Shown: piece by piece, positions 30,823-40,578 of the stretch | How the letters are laid out: every line of letters begins with the position of its first letter | Position numbering within the stretch: position 1 is the stretch's first letter | IMG/VR virus record: IMGVR_UViG_3300027896_004848 | Direction: 5' to 3' (one strand) | DNA length: 64,000 bases | Origin: an uncultured virus (IMG/VR IMGVR_UViG_3300027896_004848) | Taxonomy: Duplodnaviria; Heunggongvirae; Uroviricota; Caudoviricetes | Notes under the pieces: model-generated | Seen by the model: only the letters and a program-made list of their open reading frames with translations | What the model was told of the DNA's origin: nothing | Database searches by the model: none | Position numbers and translations under genes: made by a program

Positions 30823-31743
30823 CTAATTTAAAATATCTTTTAAATAAAAGATAAATCTGTCTGCCATAAACTGCTTGCAGCAATTTATGTGCTCTAGGTA
30901 ACAGCTTTCAAAATTCCAAAAATGTGCTAGCCACTTAGACTCACAAGAAATACAAGGTATGTCAGGACAAATAGGATAGGTCTTTCCTATTTTTCTATTA
31001 GGTATCCTATATTTTGGATCTACTGAAGTATAACCACAAATTATAGGTGTCTTTGTTGTACCTGCTAAATGTATTGGCCCACTGTCTATACCGCAGACGA
31101 CTTTAGCTTTTCCTATTATTGTAGCAAGCTCAGGTATAGTTGTTTTATTTCTTAGATCTATTCCAAAATTATCAATGTTATCAGGTAAAGAGGATTCTGT
31201 CTTAAGATGCTCTGCTAAATCTTTATCTGTTTTTCCTATAAAAACAGGAGTATACCCTTTTGATTTAATATATTCTGCTGTCTCCAGCATATAGTCTGCG
31301 TGCCAACATCTTGTTTTATCACGATAAGAGGAAATTAAAATTACTGACTTTGAAAAATCAATGTTAAATTTGGAGACATCTACCTCAATTAAGGGGACGT
31401 AATCTAACTGCTCTAAGGGTATGATTCTATCTGTCAATTTTATAGACGCAAACTGAGAAAGGTTCATGTGCTTTGGGGTATTTCTGATGATCTTTCCATT
31501 AGCTTTGGTATTTAAAAGAGCAACAGCTTCTTTATTAGTGAGGCCCCAAGGCTTATCAAAATCTCTGAATTTATCATCTGGTACAAAGTGCAGTATGGGG
31601 CGAAATACTTGCTTAGCGGTGACTATATAGGTATCTGTTTTGTGATGATAGTGGTCTATCATCCACTTTATAACAGGAGCGGTAGCTATTACATCTCCTA
31701 AAGCATAAGAATTTAATGAATAGCAAATAGAGTTTAAAACCAC
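30823..31743 (-). CDS. GT9 (heptosyltransferase-like) glycosyltransferase
   Basis: ALGDVI..P, DLRNKTTI.EL, GIDSGPIHLAG. Confidence 0.85.
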   Translation of the reverse strand: MVLNSICYSLNSYALGDVIATAPVIKWMIDHYHHKTDTYIVTAKQVFRPILHFVPDDKFRDFDKPWGLTNKEAVALLNTKANGKIIRNTPKHMNLSQFASIKLTDRIIPLEQLDYVPLIEVDVSKFNIDFSKSVILISSYRDKTRCWHADYMLETAEYIKSKGYTPVFIGKTDKDLAEHLKTESSLPDNIDNFGIDLRNKTTIPELATIIGKAKVVCGIDSGPIHLAGTTKTPIICGYTSVDPKYRIPNRKIGKTYPICPDIPCISCESKWLAHFWNFESCYLEHINCCKQFMADRFIFYLKDILN

Positions 31744-31815
31744 TCTGTTATGATACTGTCGATATTTTAAAAACTATACTTGAAAATATAAGCAGTATTT
31801 CGTATAATTTCTTTT

Positions 31816-32463
31816 ATGGTAGATCTCTTATTAAAAGATGACAGAATCGACAGGCTTCCTTTGCCAAGGGTGACTGTTGTGGTAGCAGACTGTATTGACT
31901 TTCGTCGAGCTAGAAGGACTTTACAACATTGTGTAAATCTTTGCTCATTTGGTGAGGCTAAGTTTTTTACACATTTTGAAAAACCTGATGATCCTTATAT
32001 TGTCTCTATTGAAAAATTGGATTCTGTACACAAGTATTCAGATTTTATGATCAAAAAGATGGTAAACTATATAAAAACAGATTTTGTACTTACCATACAG
32101 CATGACGGTTTTGTAGTGAATACTAAAATGTGGACAGATGAGTTTTTAAATTATGATTATATAGGGGCCCCTTGGCATCAGTCTCAGTTAAAATATAGAG
32201 ATAATCTAGATTATAGGGTAGGTAATGGAGGGTTTAGTCTTCAGTCTCGTAAGTTTTTAGAATTTTTAAGAGATGATCCAAAATTTGATAACTGCTATCC
32301 TGCAGGGGATGCTATTATTTGTCAGAAATATAGGCCTTATTTAGAAGAGCATGGGTTTAAATTTGCCCCTGTGGATCTAGCCCATAAATTTAGTTGTGAG
32401 AATTATATTTGGAATGGGGCTTTTGGGCAGCATGCTTATTTTATGCTGCACCCTTTACGGTAG
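31816..32463 (+). CDS. DUF5672-like GT-A-type protein
   Basis: QHDGFV, FL.YDYIGAPW, VGNGGFSL.S, A.KFS.E. Confidence 0.75.
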   Translation: MVDLLLKDDRIDRLPLPRVTVVVADCIDFRRARRTLQHCVNLCSFGEAKFFTHFEKPDDPYIVSIEKLDSVHKYSDFMIKKMVNYIKTDFVLTIQHDGFVVNTKMWTDEFLNYDYIGAPWHQSQLKYRDNLDYRVGNGGFSLQSRKFLEFLRDDPKFDNCYPAGDAIICQKYRPYLEEHGFKFAPVDLAHKFSCENYIWNGAFGQHAYFMLHPLR

Positions 32464-32970
32464 CTTTATGTTAAGATGGTTGCATCGTAAACTTGATAGA
32501 TATTATCGTTCAAAAGATAATAGACAATTAAAAAAATTGATAAAAAAGCATGTCTTAGAGTTTAAGCAAAAATGGCCCAATTGTCCTATAGAAGTATGGA
32601 AGTACAATGATGAATGGTTTCCTAGGATAGGTAGCTGGGACATTTACAAAACTGAAGAATATACAGACTGGTGTTGTGATATTAGCGATGAATATTTTGA
32701 TACTGGCTTTTGTCATGTCGTTTGGGGCTGTTCTAGTTCTATAAAAGAAGATGACTATAAAATTTTAGATTAAATTAAGGAGCCCGCATGCTACACCTTT
32801 ACGGGGATTTGTACGAGCCCCTTATGGTCAAAATGCCAGCTGCAGCTAGCACCCAAGAAGTAAATTTACTATATATAAGTGCAGTATTAATGTCAAGTCC
32901 TGTATAATGACTTTGAGGTAGGCTATCTCACACGACTATCTAGGGGTAAGATAGCGTGAAAGGAGTCATT

Positions 32971-33186
32971 ATGAAATTAAAAAAAGATCTGGATATTCAA
33001 TTACTAGAACTCGAAGTAGAACAGCATAAACAACAAAGTGAATGGGAACCTATCTATCAGAAACAAGAGATGCTTCGTCGAAACTTAGAAGTCCTAATTT
33101 CATTAAAAAAACTTAATTTAGACATTGAAATGATACACCAATTAGATGATAAAATACTCCAAATTATCACTAATTTAAACGCTTAA
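32971..33186 (+). CDS. Small coiled-coil protein in a structured transcript
   Basis: AAGGAG RBS; flanked by inverted repeats. Confidence 0.55.
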   Translation: MKLKKDLDIQLLELEVEQHKQQSEWEPIYQKQEMLRRNLEVLISLKKLNLDIEMIHQLDDKILQIITNLNA

Positions 33187-33230
33187 TTTAAACGCCTACC
33201 TCATAAAGTACTAATCTTAGCCTTTATATC

Positions 33231-33938
33231 ATGACGAAGCAAGCTGTTGAATTTATGTTATTTATTTTAAATCAGTCTCGTAACTCTCTAGAAAACTATT
33301 TATTAAAACACTCCTTCAAAAATATAAATAGCTGCCTTGTCTTAGGTAATGGCCCTATAGTGCTTACTGCACATATGGATACTATAAATACTAAGGCTTT
33401 AGAAGCCAGTGAAGATCTGTTTTTTCCTTTACCTTTGCTGGTAGAGCGTGGGGTAATACGTAAACAGAACGAAATAATAACTAGCCCCATGCAACGGTTA
33501 ATGGTCTTAGGCGGTGATGATAGATGTGGTATATTTCTGGCGCTGATGCTTTATAAGACTCATCCTGATTGGTATACTGTGTTTTTTACAGATGAAGAGG
33601 AACGTGGAGGTACTTTTAATACAGCTAATTATGCCCCAAGGAGCCTCTGGTATCATAAATTTGTATTATGTCTAGATACCCATGCTAAGTCGGTATTCCC
33701 ATATCATGACCCTTTTACTCATATTTTTAATAGATTAAATGCTAAGTACGACTATAGATATAGAGCACATAGCCTTTCAAACGTACAGCATATGGCCGGT
33801 GCTTATGGTATTAATCTTGGTGTTGGGTATCATAAAGAGCACACTTCCTATGAGCACATTGTACTAAAAGAGCTTTATGAAGCTTATCTGTATTCCTTAG
33901 AACTATCAGACATTATTATAAATAAAAAGGCTACTTAA
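33231..33938 (+). CDS. M20/M28-like zinc peptidase
   Basis: AHMDT, GGDDRCG, DEEERGG, GVGY..EHT. Confidence 0.8.
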   Translation: MTKQAVEFMLFILNQSRNSLENYLLKHSFKNINSCLVLGNGPIVLTAHMDTINTKALEASEDLFFPLPLLVERGVIRKQNEIITSPMQRLMVLGGDDRCGIFLALMLYKTHPDWYTVFFTDEEERGGTFNTANYAPRSLWYHKFVLCLDTHAKSVFPYHDPFTHIFNRLNAKYDYRYRAHSLSNVQHMAGAYGINLGVGYHKEHTSYEHIVLKELYEAYLYSLELSDIIINKKAT

Positions 33939-34557
33939 AAAACTCGACTCTATTACGGCCTTTTGCTTTAGCTTGGTATAGTGCTTTATCTGCTTCTGAT
34001 TCTGTATGACCTACTCCAATAGAAGCACCTAAAGTAATTTCAGAAAGCTCATCTTTTACAGATTTTTCACCCTTATAATGGTCTGAGATTTTTTGTTTTT
34101 GAATGCTTTCCAAAATTCTATGGGCTATTTTTACTCCAGTCGCTATAGATACATCTTTTATATGTACCACAAACTCATCACCACCAAATCTAGTCACTTT
34201 TGTCTCATCTTTTCCTCTAAGGACAGCTTTTATACCTGCTGCTAGAGCTTCTATAGCTGCATGGCCAGCTGCATGACCATGTGTGTCATTGACTTTTTTA
34301 ATTCCATCGCCGTCAATGTACAGGTACATACCTTTTTCTTTCTCTAGCTGTTCAAAATGTTGTTTATGTAAAAGGCCTGTCATAGGGTCTTGACTGATTA
34401 CTCCTATCAGTTTCTTTATATACTTAAGATACTCTACATCACGTTTAGAAGTAGTATGTTCAAGGTCTTTGGGAATTTTGGGGATTTCATAGGTGTGTTC
34501 TGGCTCAGCAGCACTAAGTTTGGTCATCACCTTTTTAAGAATATTTAGTCTATTCAT
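33931..34557 (-). CDS. Stand-alone GGDEF-domain nucleotide cyclase (atypical specificity site)
   Basis: DPMTGL, IDGDGIKKVNDTHGH, RFGGDEF, SIG, ADKALYQAK..GRN. Confidence 0.92.
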   Translation of the reverse strand: MNRLNILKKVMTKLSAAEPEHTYEIPKIPKDLEHTTSKRDVEYLKYIKKLIGVISQDPMTGLLHKQHFEQLEKEKGMYLYIDGDGIKKVNDTHGHAAGHAAIEALAAGIKAVLRGKDETKVTRFGGDEFVVHIKDVSIATGVKIAHRILESIQKQKISDHYKGEKSVKDELSEITLGASIGVGHTESEADKALYQAKAKGRNRVEFFK

Positions 34558-34997
34558 ATCATTTGTGGTTTGATTACTAAATTATGATGATATTTTACTA
34601 ATTAACTACCTAGGACAAGGGGGATTTTATGCAGTTATCGATGAATGGGAAAGAAATAGGTCAGATTTATTTTAATATACAATTAGATAAAGAGCATTTC
34701 GCTTCTATAAGTGTCTTAAAAGAACAGCTAAATAATGGATCTTTTAAGGTTAGTATAGGAGCAGCTAGTTTTATAGTTAAGTCTTTTAGAAAAGTATATT
34801 TTACAGAACACAAAATTTATATTGAAGGTGCAGAACTTCAATTTTAGGGGGTCTTAGTGAATTCATCTACTCAAGCCTTTTACATTTCACCAGGGCTAGG
34901 TAAGTTAGTTACTCAAACAATTATCTTAACATTAGACCCAAACACTGCGGTTTTGTTAAAAATAGCTTCTAAAGTGGTAATTTCGTAAGGAGATATT

Positions 34998-35702
34998 ATG
35001 TTACCGACCATTAATACGTTTCATGTAGATAGAGATAAATTTGGGTTGTATTGGAAAGCTTCTCCTTTATCTAATATAAGAGGCTGGAATCTGTATGCAG
35101 CACCACAAGTAACAATAGATTTTATTCCTCCTAATAAGGGTGTCGTGCTGCCAGGAGTTGCTCCTGCGATTTTTACTCAGATAAGAACAAATCTTCCTAA
35201 TGTGGCTAACGAAATGACGCCAGGTAGTTGTTTTGTAGAGATCACAAGAGCTGAGCTGGGCATCGGCCCCTTAGATCCTTATCATTTTCTTATTACATCT
35301 TTGACAGAAGTGGCTGGAGTAATTGTAGAATCTGCAATGGAAGTACCCAACGTGCATGCTTGTCCATTTTATGATGATCAGTATGTCGACGAAGCTGGTT
35401 GGCCTTGTAATTTAGTATATAGAGAATTTGAAGTAGATTTGTGGCCTTTAACAGGTTGGGACCCAGATCGTTATCTTGATATTGTATCTTTGTTAGGGCG
35501 TCCGGCTAGACAAATAAAAGTAGATTCTGTGGGTTCTGATATTTATATTAAGTTTAATTCAATAGCTTCTGACACCATTAGTGTCAGGGATAGCCAGCCA
35601 TATCAATTTGACCTTAAAAGAGGTGAATTGATGATTTATAAGATTTTTGTACACAACCCAACGGTAGACGACGCTACTATAAGAGTTTTTGTAGCAGCAT
35701 AA
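34998..35702 (+). CDS. Beta-rich protein, possibly structural
   Basis: AAGGAG RBS; FnIII-like LYWKASP..NIRGWNLY start. Confidence 0.35.
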   Translation: MLPTINTFHVDRDKFGLYWKASPLSNIRGWNLYAAPQVTIDFIPPNKGVVLPGVAPAIFTQIRTNLPNVANEMTPGSCFVEITRAELGIGPLDPYHFLITSLTEVAGVIVESAMEVPNVHACPFYDDQYVDEAGWPCNLVYREFEVDLWPLTGWDPDRYLDIVSLLGRPARQIKVDSVGSDIYIKFNSIASDTISVRDSQPYQFDLKRGELMIYKIFVHNPTVDDATIRVFVAA

Positions 35703-35927
35703 CAGTTAAATTAAATCTATCTTTTTAGTAGTATAGGTCATGGAACTTTCTGTACGTAGCATAATTATTCCTTTGACAGATTTTCTTATTATCTCTTTTT
35801 GTCGTCATATGAAATACGAATTTATAAAAGAAATTGATGGTGTATCCTATTTTAAGATACCCCATAAACATTTATGTAAATTACACATTAATGCAGCTTC
35901 TTGGAAAGCTGGTAATTTTAAAGTTGG

Positions 35928-36773
35928 GTGAGACAGGTGATTGACTATTATAGCATATTAGGCTTATCTGCTGGAGCTTCTGAAGAAGATATAAAAAAAG
36001 CTTATAGAAAATTAGCTTTGAAATATCATCCTGATAAAAATCCAAATAACAAAGAGGCTGAGGAAAAATTTAAGAAGCTTAGCGAAGCTTATACTGCTTT
36101 GACAAAAGGAAAAGAAGAAGGGTCTATGCCTTTTGGAGGATTCCAACAAGGTTTTAATTTTGGATTTCCAAACGGCTTTGGAGGATTCAACTTTAGAAAT
36201 ATTTTTGAAGATTTTTTTAATGGGGCTAACCGAAGATCTGTCAAAAAAATAAAATTAAATATTTCCTTAAAGGAAGCTTATTTTGGGGCTACTAAAGTTG
36301 TAGACGTGTTTGTGAATAAGCCCTGCTCTTGTATACAGGGTTGTCCCGCATGTGGATTTTTAGGTTGTATAAAAGAAACAAAACGCTTAAATATACAAAT
36401 AAACCCAAAAACTCGTACGGGGACATCTTTACATCTAAAAACTATAACTGATAATACTGATTTGCAGATAAGTCTTAACATAATGCCAGAGGCACCTTTC
36501 TTTATAGCGGACAATAACATAATTACCTATGAGACAATCAATGTTTTTAAAGCTATATTAGGTGGAGAATATACTATCAAAACTATTGACGGAGATGAAA
36601 AAATTGTTTTGGCTAAGGGTATGCAAGAAGGAGCTAAATGTGTGATAAAGGGTAAAGGTCTTGGTGGAGATCATGTTGCTCTTTTTAAAATACAGATACC
36701 AAAAAATTTATCTGAAGGTCATCTTGAAATGATAGAGAAGATTGCGAAAGATTTAAATGCGGCTAAAGCTTAA
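35928..36773 (+). CDS. dnaJ: DnaJ-like co-chaperone
   Basis: J domain with HPD, G/F-rich region, reduced Cys region, C-terminal domain. Confidence 0.9.
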   Translation: MRQVIDYYSILGLSAGASEEDIKKAYRKLALKYHPDKNPNNKEAEEKFKKLSEAYTALTKGKEEGSMPFGGFQQGFNFGFPNGFGGFNFRNIFEDFFNGANRRSVKKIKLNISLKEAYFGATKVVDVFVNKPCSCIQGCPACGFLGCIKETKRLNIQINPKTRTGTSLHLKTITDNTDLQISLNIMPEAPFFIADNNIITYETINVFKAILGGEYTIKTIDGDEKIVLAKGMQEGAKCVIKGKGLGGDHVALFKIQIPKNLSEGHLEMIEKIAKDLNAAKA

Positions 36774-37287
36774 CACAACGAGATTAAATGAAAATCCTAT
36801 TTTTATAAAATTTCTTAATTGGAAACGTGATACTTTCACAATTGAAGGCATACTGAAGCTATTAGAAGAATCCTTTACTGACACGGTTTCTAAAGAGATA
36901 GTGCGGGAAAGGTTGCTTTCTATAACAGAAGACTTTTTAAACAATGCTGAAATTTTTCAAAAGTACTTTCAAGAGTATATGGATTCTTTAATAACTACAA
37001 AAACAGTATCCGAAGAATTTCTTTTATTTTTAAATAATGCTTATAAGTATATTGAGGACAGTGTTACTAAAAATATAAATGATATAGAGCACTGCGCAAC
37101 CATTAAAAATAAAGATGGACGCTGGTTTGAGGCACTGATGTGTTATAATTTTATTTTAACTTTTAACTATTTTGGCAGTAGTATTATAAAAAGATGTCCT
37201 TTGTGCCAAGACTATTTTTGCCATAAGGGTAAATACGCCAAATATTGTTCTGACGGGTGTAAGACGAAAGGTATTTCTAGTGACTGA
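36757..37287 (+). CDS. Protein with C-terminal CGNR-like zinc finger
   Basis: CPLC...F......KYCSDGC. Confidence 0.55.
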   Translation: MRLKLNTTRLNENPIFIKFLNWKRDTFTIEGILKLLEESFTDTVSKEIVRERLLSITEDFLNNAEIFQKYFQEYMDSLITTKTVSEEFLLFLNNAYKYIEDSVTKNINDIEHCATIKNKDGRWFEALMCYNFILTFNYFGSSIIKRCPLCQDYFCHKGKYAKYCSDGCKTKGISSD

Positions 37288-37600
37288 TCTTAACATTTTG
37301 TTATCAAATATAATAAAAGAAGAATTTAATAAGCTGGGTCTTAAAGAGAAGATGATAAAATTTCTAGTCACTAAGAAGCATAGGGGTACTTATCAGGCTA
37401 TGCTTGAGTGTGATAATCTTGAAAAAGAACTTTCGGATCAACTGCTTGCGTACTTATTAAACTGGACAATTTCGGATATTTGTACCGGTGATTTTCGAAA
37501 ACTTATAGTTCGAGAATTCATAACTCAGCTTTTTTCGGAGCTGTCTGGAAAAGGCTTTAGAGAAATACTCGACTAATATAGATTTATAATACAATGTATC

Positions 37601-38695
37601 TTGGGGGTGGTGATGGCAAAATGGACTCAAGAGGATATTTTAAAAGATTTACGAAGAGTATATGATGAGACTGGCGACCTGACAAGAGACTCGTATAGGC
37701 GAAAAGGAAAAATAGCAACAAGTATAATTGATGGTCATTTTAAAGATTTTACCGATGCGAAAGCGCTGATGATTCAGCAGATCTTTGAAGAAAAATTATT
37801 AAAAATTATAAAAGTAAGTAAGTCTCTTTTGGATTTGGAAGGCGTTTGCGATGCCCTAGATGCAAGTCCTAGACGCGTAAAAGAGACTCTTGATATTTTG
37901 GTAAAGCGGGGTTATAACATAAAACTAAGAAATAAAAAATTAGTTTTAGATAATGTACCTGATTTTAGTGTAGGCGAGCAATATAAAATAGATATCGAAA
38001 AGCCAAAGAAATTTATAGAATTCGCAGTGGTGTCCGATACGCATTTAGCTAGTATACACGAAAAGGTAAAAGAATTATCATTTTTTTATAAGACTGTATA
38101 CAACGATTTTGGGATTACGAATATTTTTCATGCGGGAGATTTGGTTGCTGGAATAAATATGTATCTTGGGCAAGAGAATGAATTAAAATATTGGGGATCT
38201 GATAATCAAGTTTCTTATTTTGTAGATAACTATCCTGAGATAAAGGGTGTCAAAACCTATTTCATAACAGGTAATCATGACTTATGTTATTTAAAGACAA
38301 GTGGCAAAGATATTGGAAAAGATATAGAAAATCAGCGAAAAGACATGACATATTTAGGGCAGTATCTTGCAAGTATCGATATGGGTGGTGTAAATATAGA
38401 GCTTCATCATATAGATCGGGGCATTTCCTACGCGTGGAGTTATCCGCTTCAAAAAACAATTGAAAGTACCCCTGATGAAAAAAAGCCAGATCTATTATTT
38501 GCGGGGCATCTACATCAAAAATTATGGATTGAAGAAAGAGGAATTGACGCGTTTTTGGCGGGCTGTTTTGAGGGCCAAAGTCTTTGGCTGAAAAGAAAAA
38601 AGCTATATCCTGCAATTGGCGGTTTTGTAATCAAAATTGGACTTGATGCTGGGAAAATCCGAACAATTACACCGACTTTTATTAGCTGCGCTTAG
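37601..38695 (+). CDS. HTH-fused metallophosphoesterase
   Basis: SDTH, AGDLV, GNHD, HH, GHLH; N-terminal helical repeat and HTH. Confidence 0.85.
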   Translation: MGVVMAKWTQEDILKDLRRVYDETGDLTRDSYRRKGKIATSIIDGHFKDFTDAKALMIQQIFEEKLLKIIKVSKSLLDLEGVCDALDASPRRVKETLDILVKRGYNIKLRNKKLVLDNVPDFSVGEQYKIDIEKPKKFIEFAVVSDTHLASIHEKVKELSFFYKTVYNDFGITNIFHAGDLVAGINMYLGQENELKYWGSDNQVSYFVDNYPEIKGVKTYFITGNHDLCYLKTSGKDIGKDIENQRKDMTYLGQYLASIDMGGVNIELHHIDRGISYAWSYPLQKTIESTPDEKKPDLLFAGHLHQKLWIEERGIDAFLAGCFEGQSLWLKRKKLYPAIGGFVIKIGLDAGKIRTITPTFISCA

Positions 38696-38757
38696 ATTTC
38701 AAAACTCTTGATTTTATAAAAATTATAAAGTAGGCTATTTATCTCGGGGGGAAATTC

Positions 38758-39528
38758 GTGTTATCTACCTTTGTTGATAAATGCCATAATAATTTATTTT
38801 CTTCAAAAATAGCATTAGCTTATCTTGTATCTAGAAGTATCACAGTAGATGATATGAAAAAATATAAAATTGGATTTATCGGTAATTTGATCAGTAATGT
38901 CAACGGTTCGGATAGCGAAGCCCTTAGATTTAATAAAGAGTGGCTTGGAAAGCAGGGTCATTATGTACGCTATAGAATTGTAATTCCTATATTTGACGAA
39001 TTAGGAAATGTTAAAGGATTAGAGACTAGGGCTTTGGATAAGTCTGCTGTCGAAATACTAAAACCTGAATATAAGAAATCTTTACAAACTGAGATAGCGG
39101 CTTTACCGGATTCTTCTGTTCGTTATAAAAAATTTTATTATGAGAAAAGTAAATTTTCGGCATGTTTTTTTGGTCTTCCGACCATTTTAAAAGATATATG
39201 GGAGACTAAAACAGTTTTTCTTACAGAAGGTGTTTTTGACTGCCTATCGGCTTTAAGGTGCTACCCCAATTGTCTATCTACGCTTACTGCTAACATAAAT
39301 GAGTATCAGCTGAATTGGCTGAGAAGATACGTAAAAAAGATAATACTTTTATACGATAGTGATAAGCGTGGAAATAAAGCTGTTGAGAATATTTTGAAGT
39401 ATCAAAGTAATGATTTTTTGATTTACTCTATTGGGCTTAAAGGGTTAGATGTCAATGAACTGGAAATTAAGTGTGGTCTTAGGGAATTAAAGAGTATAAT
39501 AGACTATAAACTGTCTACGATATACTAA
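38758..39528 (+). CDS. DnaG-type primase catalytic/Toprim core lacking the Zn finger
   Basis: YL..R, RIVIPI, EGVFD, YDSD..G. Confidence 0.8.
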   Translation: MLSTFVDKCHNNLFSSKIALAYLVSRSITVDDMKKYKIGFIGNLISNVNGSDSEALRFNKEWLGKQGHYVRYRIVIPIFDELGNVKGLETRALDKSAVEILKPEYKKSLQTEIAALPDSSVRYKKFYYEKSKFSACFFGLPTILKDIWETKTVFLTEGVFDCLSALRCYPNCLSTLTANINEYQLNWLRRYVKKIILLYDSDKRGNKAVENILKYQSNDFLIYSIGLKGLDVNELEIKCGLRELKSIIDYKLSTIY

Positions 39529-39538
39529 AGGGGGTATT

Positions 39539-40438
39539 ATGTCTTTTTTGTCGTCCAATTTTAATCTGTGTGTTTTGGAATTACCTAAAGAGTTTAAATT
39601 AAAGCCAGCAGAAATTTATGATAAGCTGGCTACTAAAAGATTTAAAGAAATTACGGCTCTTGAAAAAAGCTGTAATGGCTGGGTAGCCATACATAATATG
39701 TTTAAGAGTAATTTTACCTATGAAGAGACTTGTGCAGGGTCTAATGTTATTGCGGCTTTTCGTCAAGATGTTAAAAAGGTATCCGGAAAGCTAGTCAAAA
39801 AACTTTATTTGGAAAGACTGGCAGAAAGAAAAAAAGATGGTATAAAGCTTTTGAAAGACGATAAAAAGATTCTTAAAGAAGCCTGTCAAGAAGATCTAGT
39901 TTTAAAAGCTCTTCCTACTCCAAATGCGTTTCACTTTATAATTGATATGGATAAAAATCTTATATATTTAGATACTAAAAGTCTTAATGTAGTCGATGCC
40001 TTTTCTAATCTTTTTGAAGCTACTTTTTCAGCGAGGCCTTTTTTAAAAGATATGGAAGTGACGGACTATGATAAATTTTTAGAATGGCTTTGGAACAGCA
40101 TATCTTCATTGGAAGAGATAGGAGTCTATTCTAATATCGTAATAAAAGATGATAACAATTCCTTTTCTTTGAACAGTGAGTCTTTGCAAAAATACGCTGA
40201 GCAAATTAATAAGTTAAAAGAAGGAAAGGTTATTAAAAAGCTAGGGCTTAGCATGTATAAAGATGTAGATTATAATGTTATGATAAATGATAAGAATTTT
40301 ATCTTGTCCATAAAGACTTTACCGAAAATTAAACACGAATCGGTTGAGACAGCGATTATTGATAACGTAGGACGTATAGATTATGTTACTACAAAGATAC
40401 AGGATATTATTAAAAAGTTTTCTAAAAAGAAAAATTAA
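39539..40438 (+). CDS. RdgC-like recombination-associated protein
   Basis: S.NGWV, FRQDVKKVS, K..LKE....DL..KALP pattern. Confidence 0.6.
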   Translation: MSFLSSNFNLCVLELPKEFKLKPAEIYDKLATKRFKEITALEKSCNGWVAIHNMFKSNFTYEETCAGSNVIAAFRQDVKKVSGKLVKKLYLERLAERKKDGIKLLKDDKKILKEACQEDLVLKALPTPNAFHFIIDMDKNLIYLDTKSLNVVDAFSNLFEATFSARPFLKDMEVTDYDKFLEWLWNSISSLEEIGVYSNIVIKDDNNSFSLNSESLQKYAEQINKLKEGKVIKKLGLSMYKDVDYNVMINDKNFILSIKTLPKIKHESVETAIIDNVGRIDYVTTKIQDIIKKFSKKKN

Positions 40439-40449
40439 AGGGAGGTTTT

Positions 40450-40578
40450 ATGTTTATTGATACTTTTACAACTTATTTTGCGGGAGCCTTGGGTATTTGT
40501 ACAGCTGTTTTTATGTATCTTTTTGTGAGTTTCATGATACTTACAACGGTAGGACTCTTCATTAAAAAGAAGGGATAA
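40450..40578 (+). CDS. 42-aa single-TM protein (not in ORF track)
   Basis: GGAGG RBS, hydrophobic core, KKKG tail. Confidence 0.5.
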   Translation: MFIDTFTTYFAGALGICTAVFMYLFVSFMILTTVGLFIKKKG

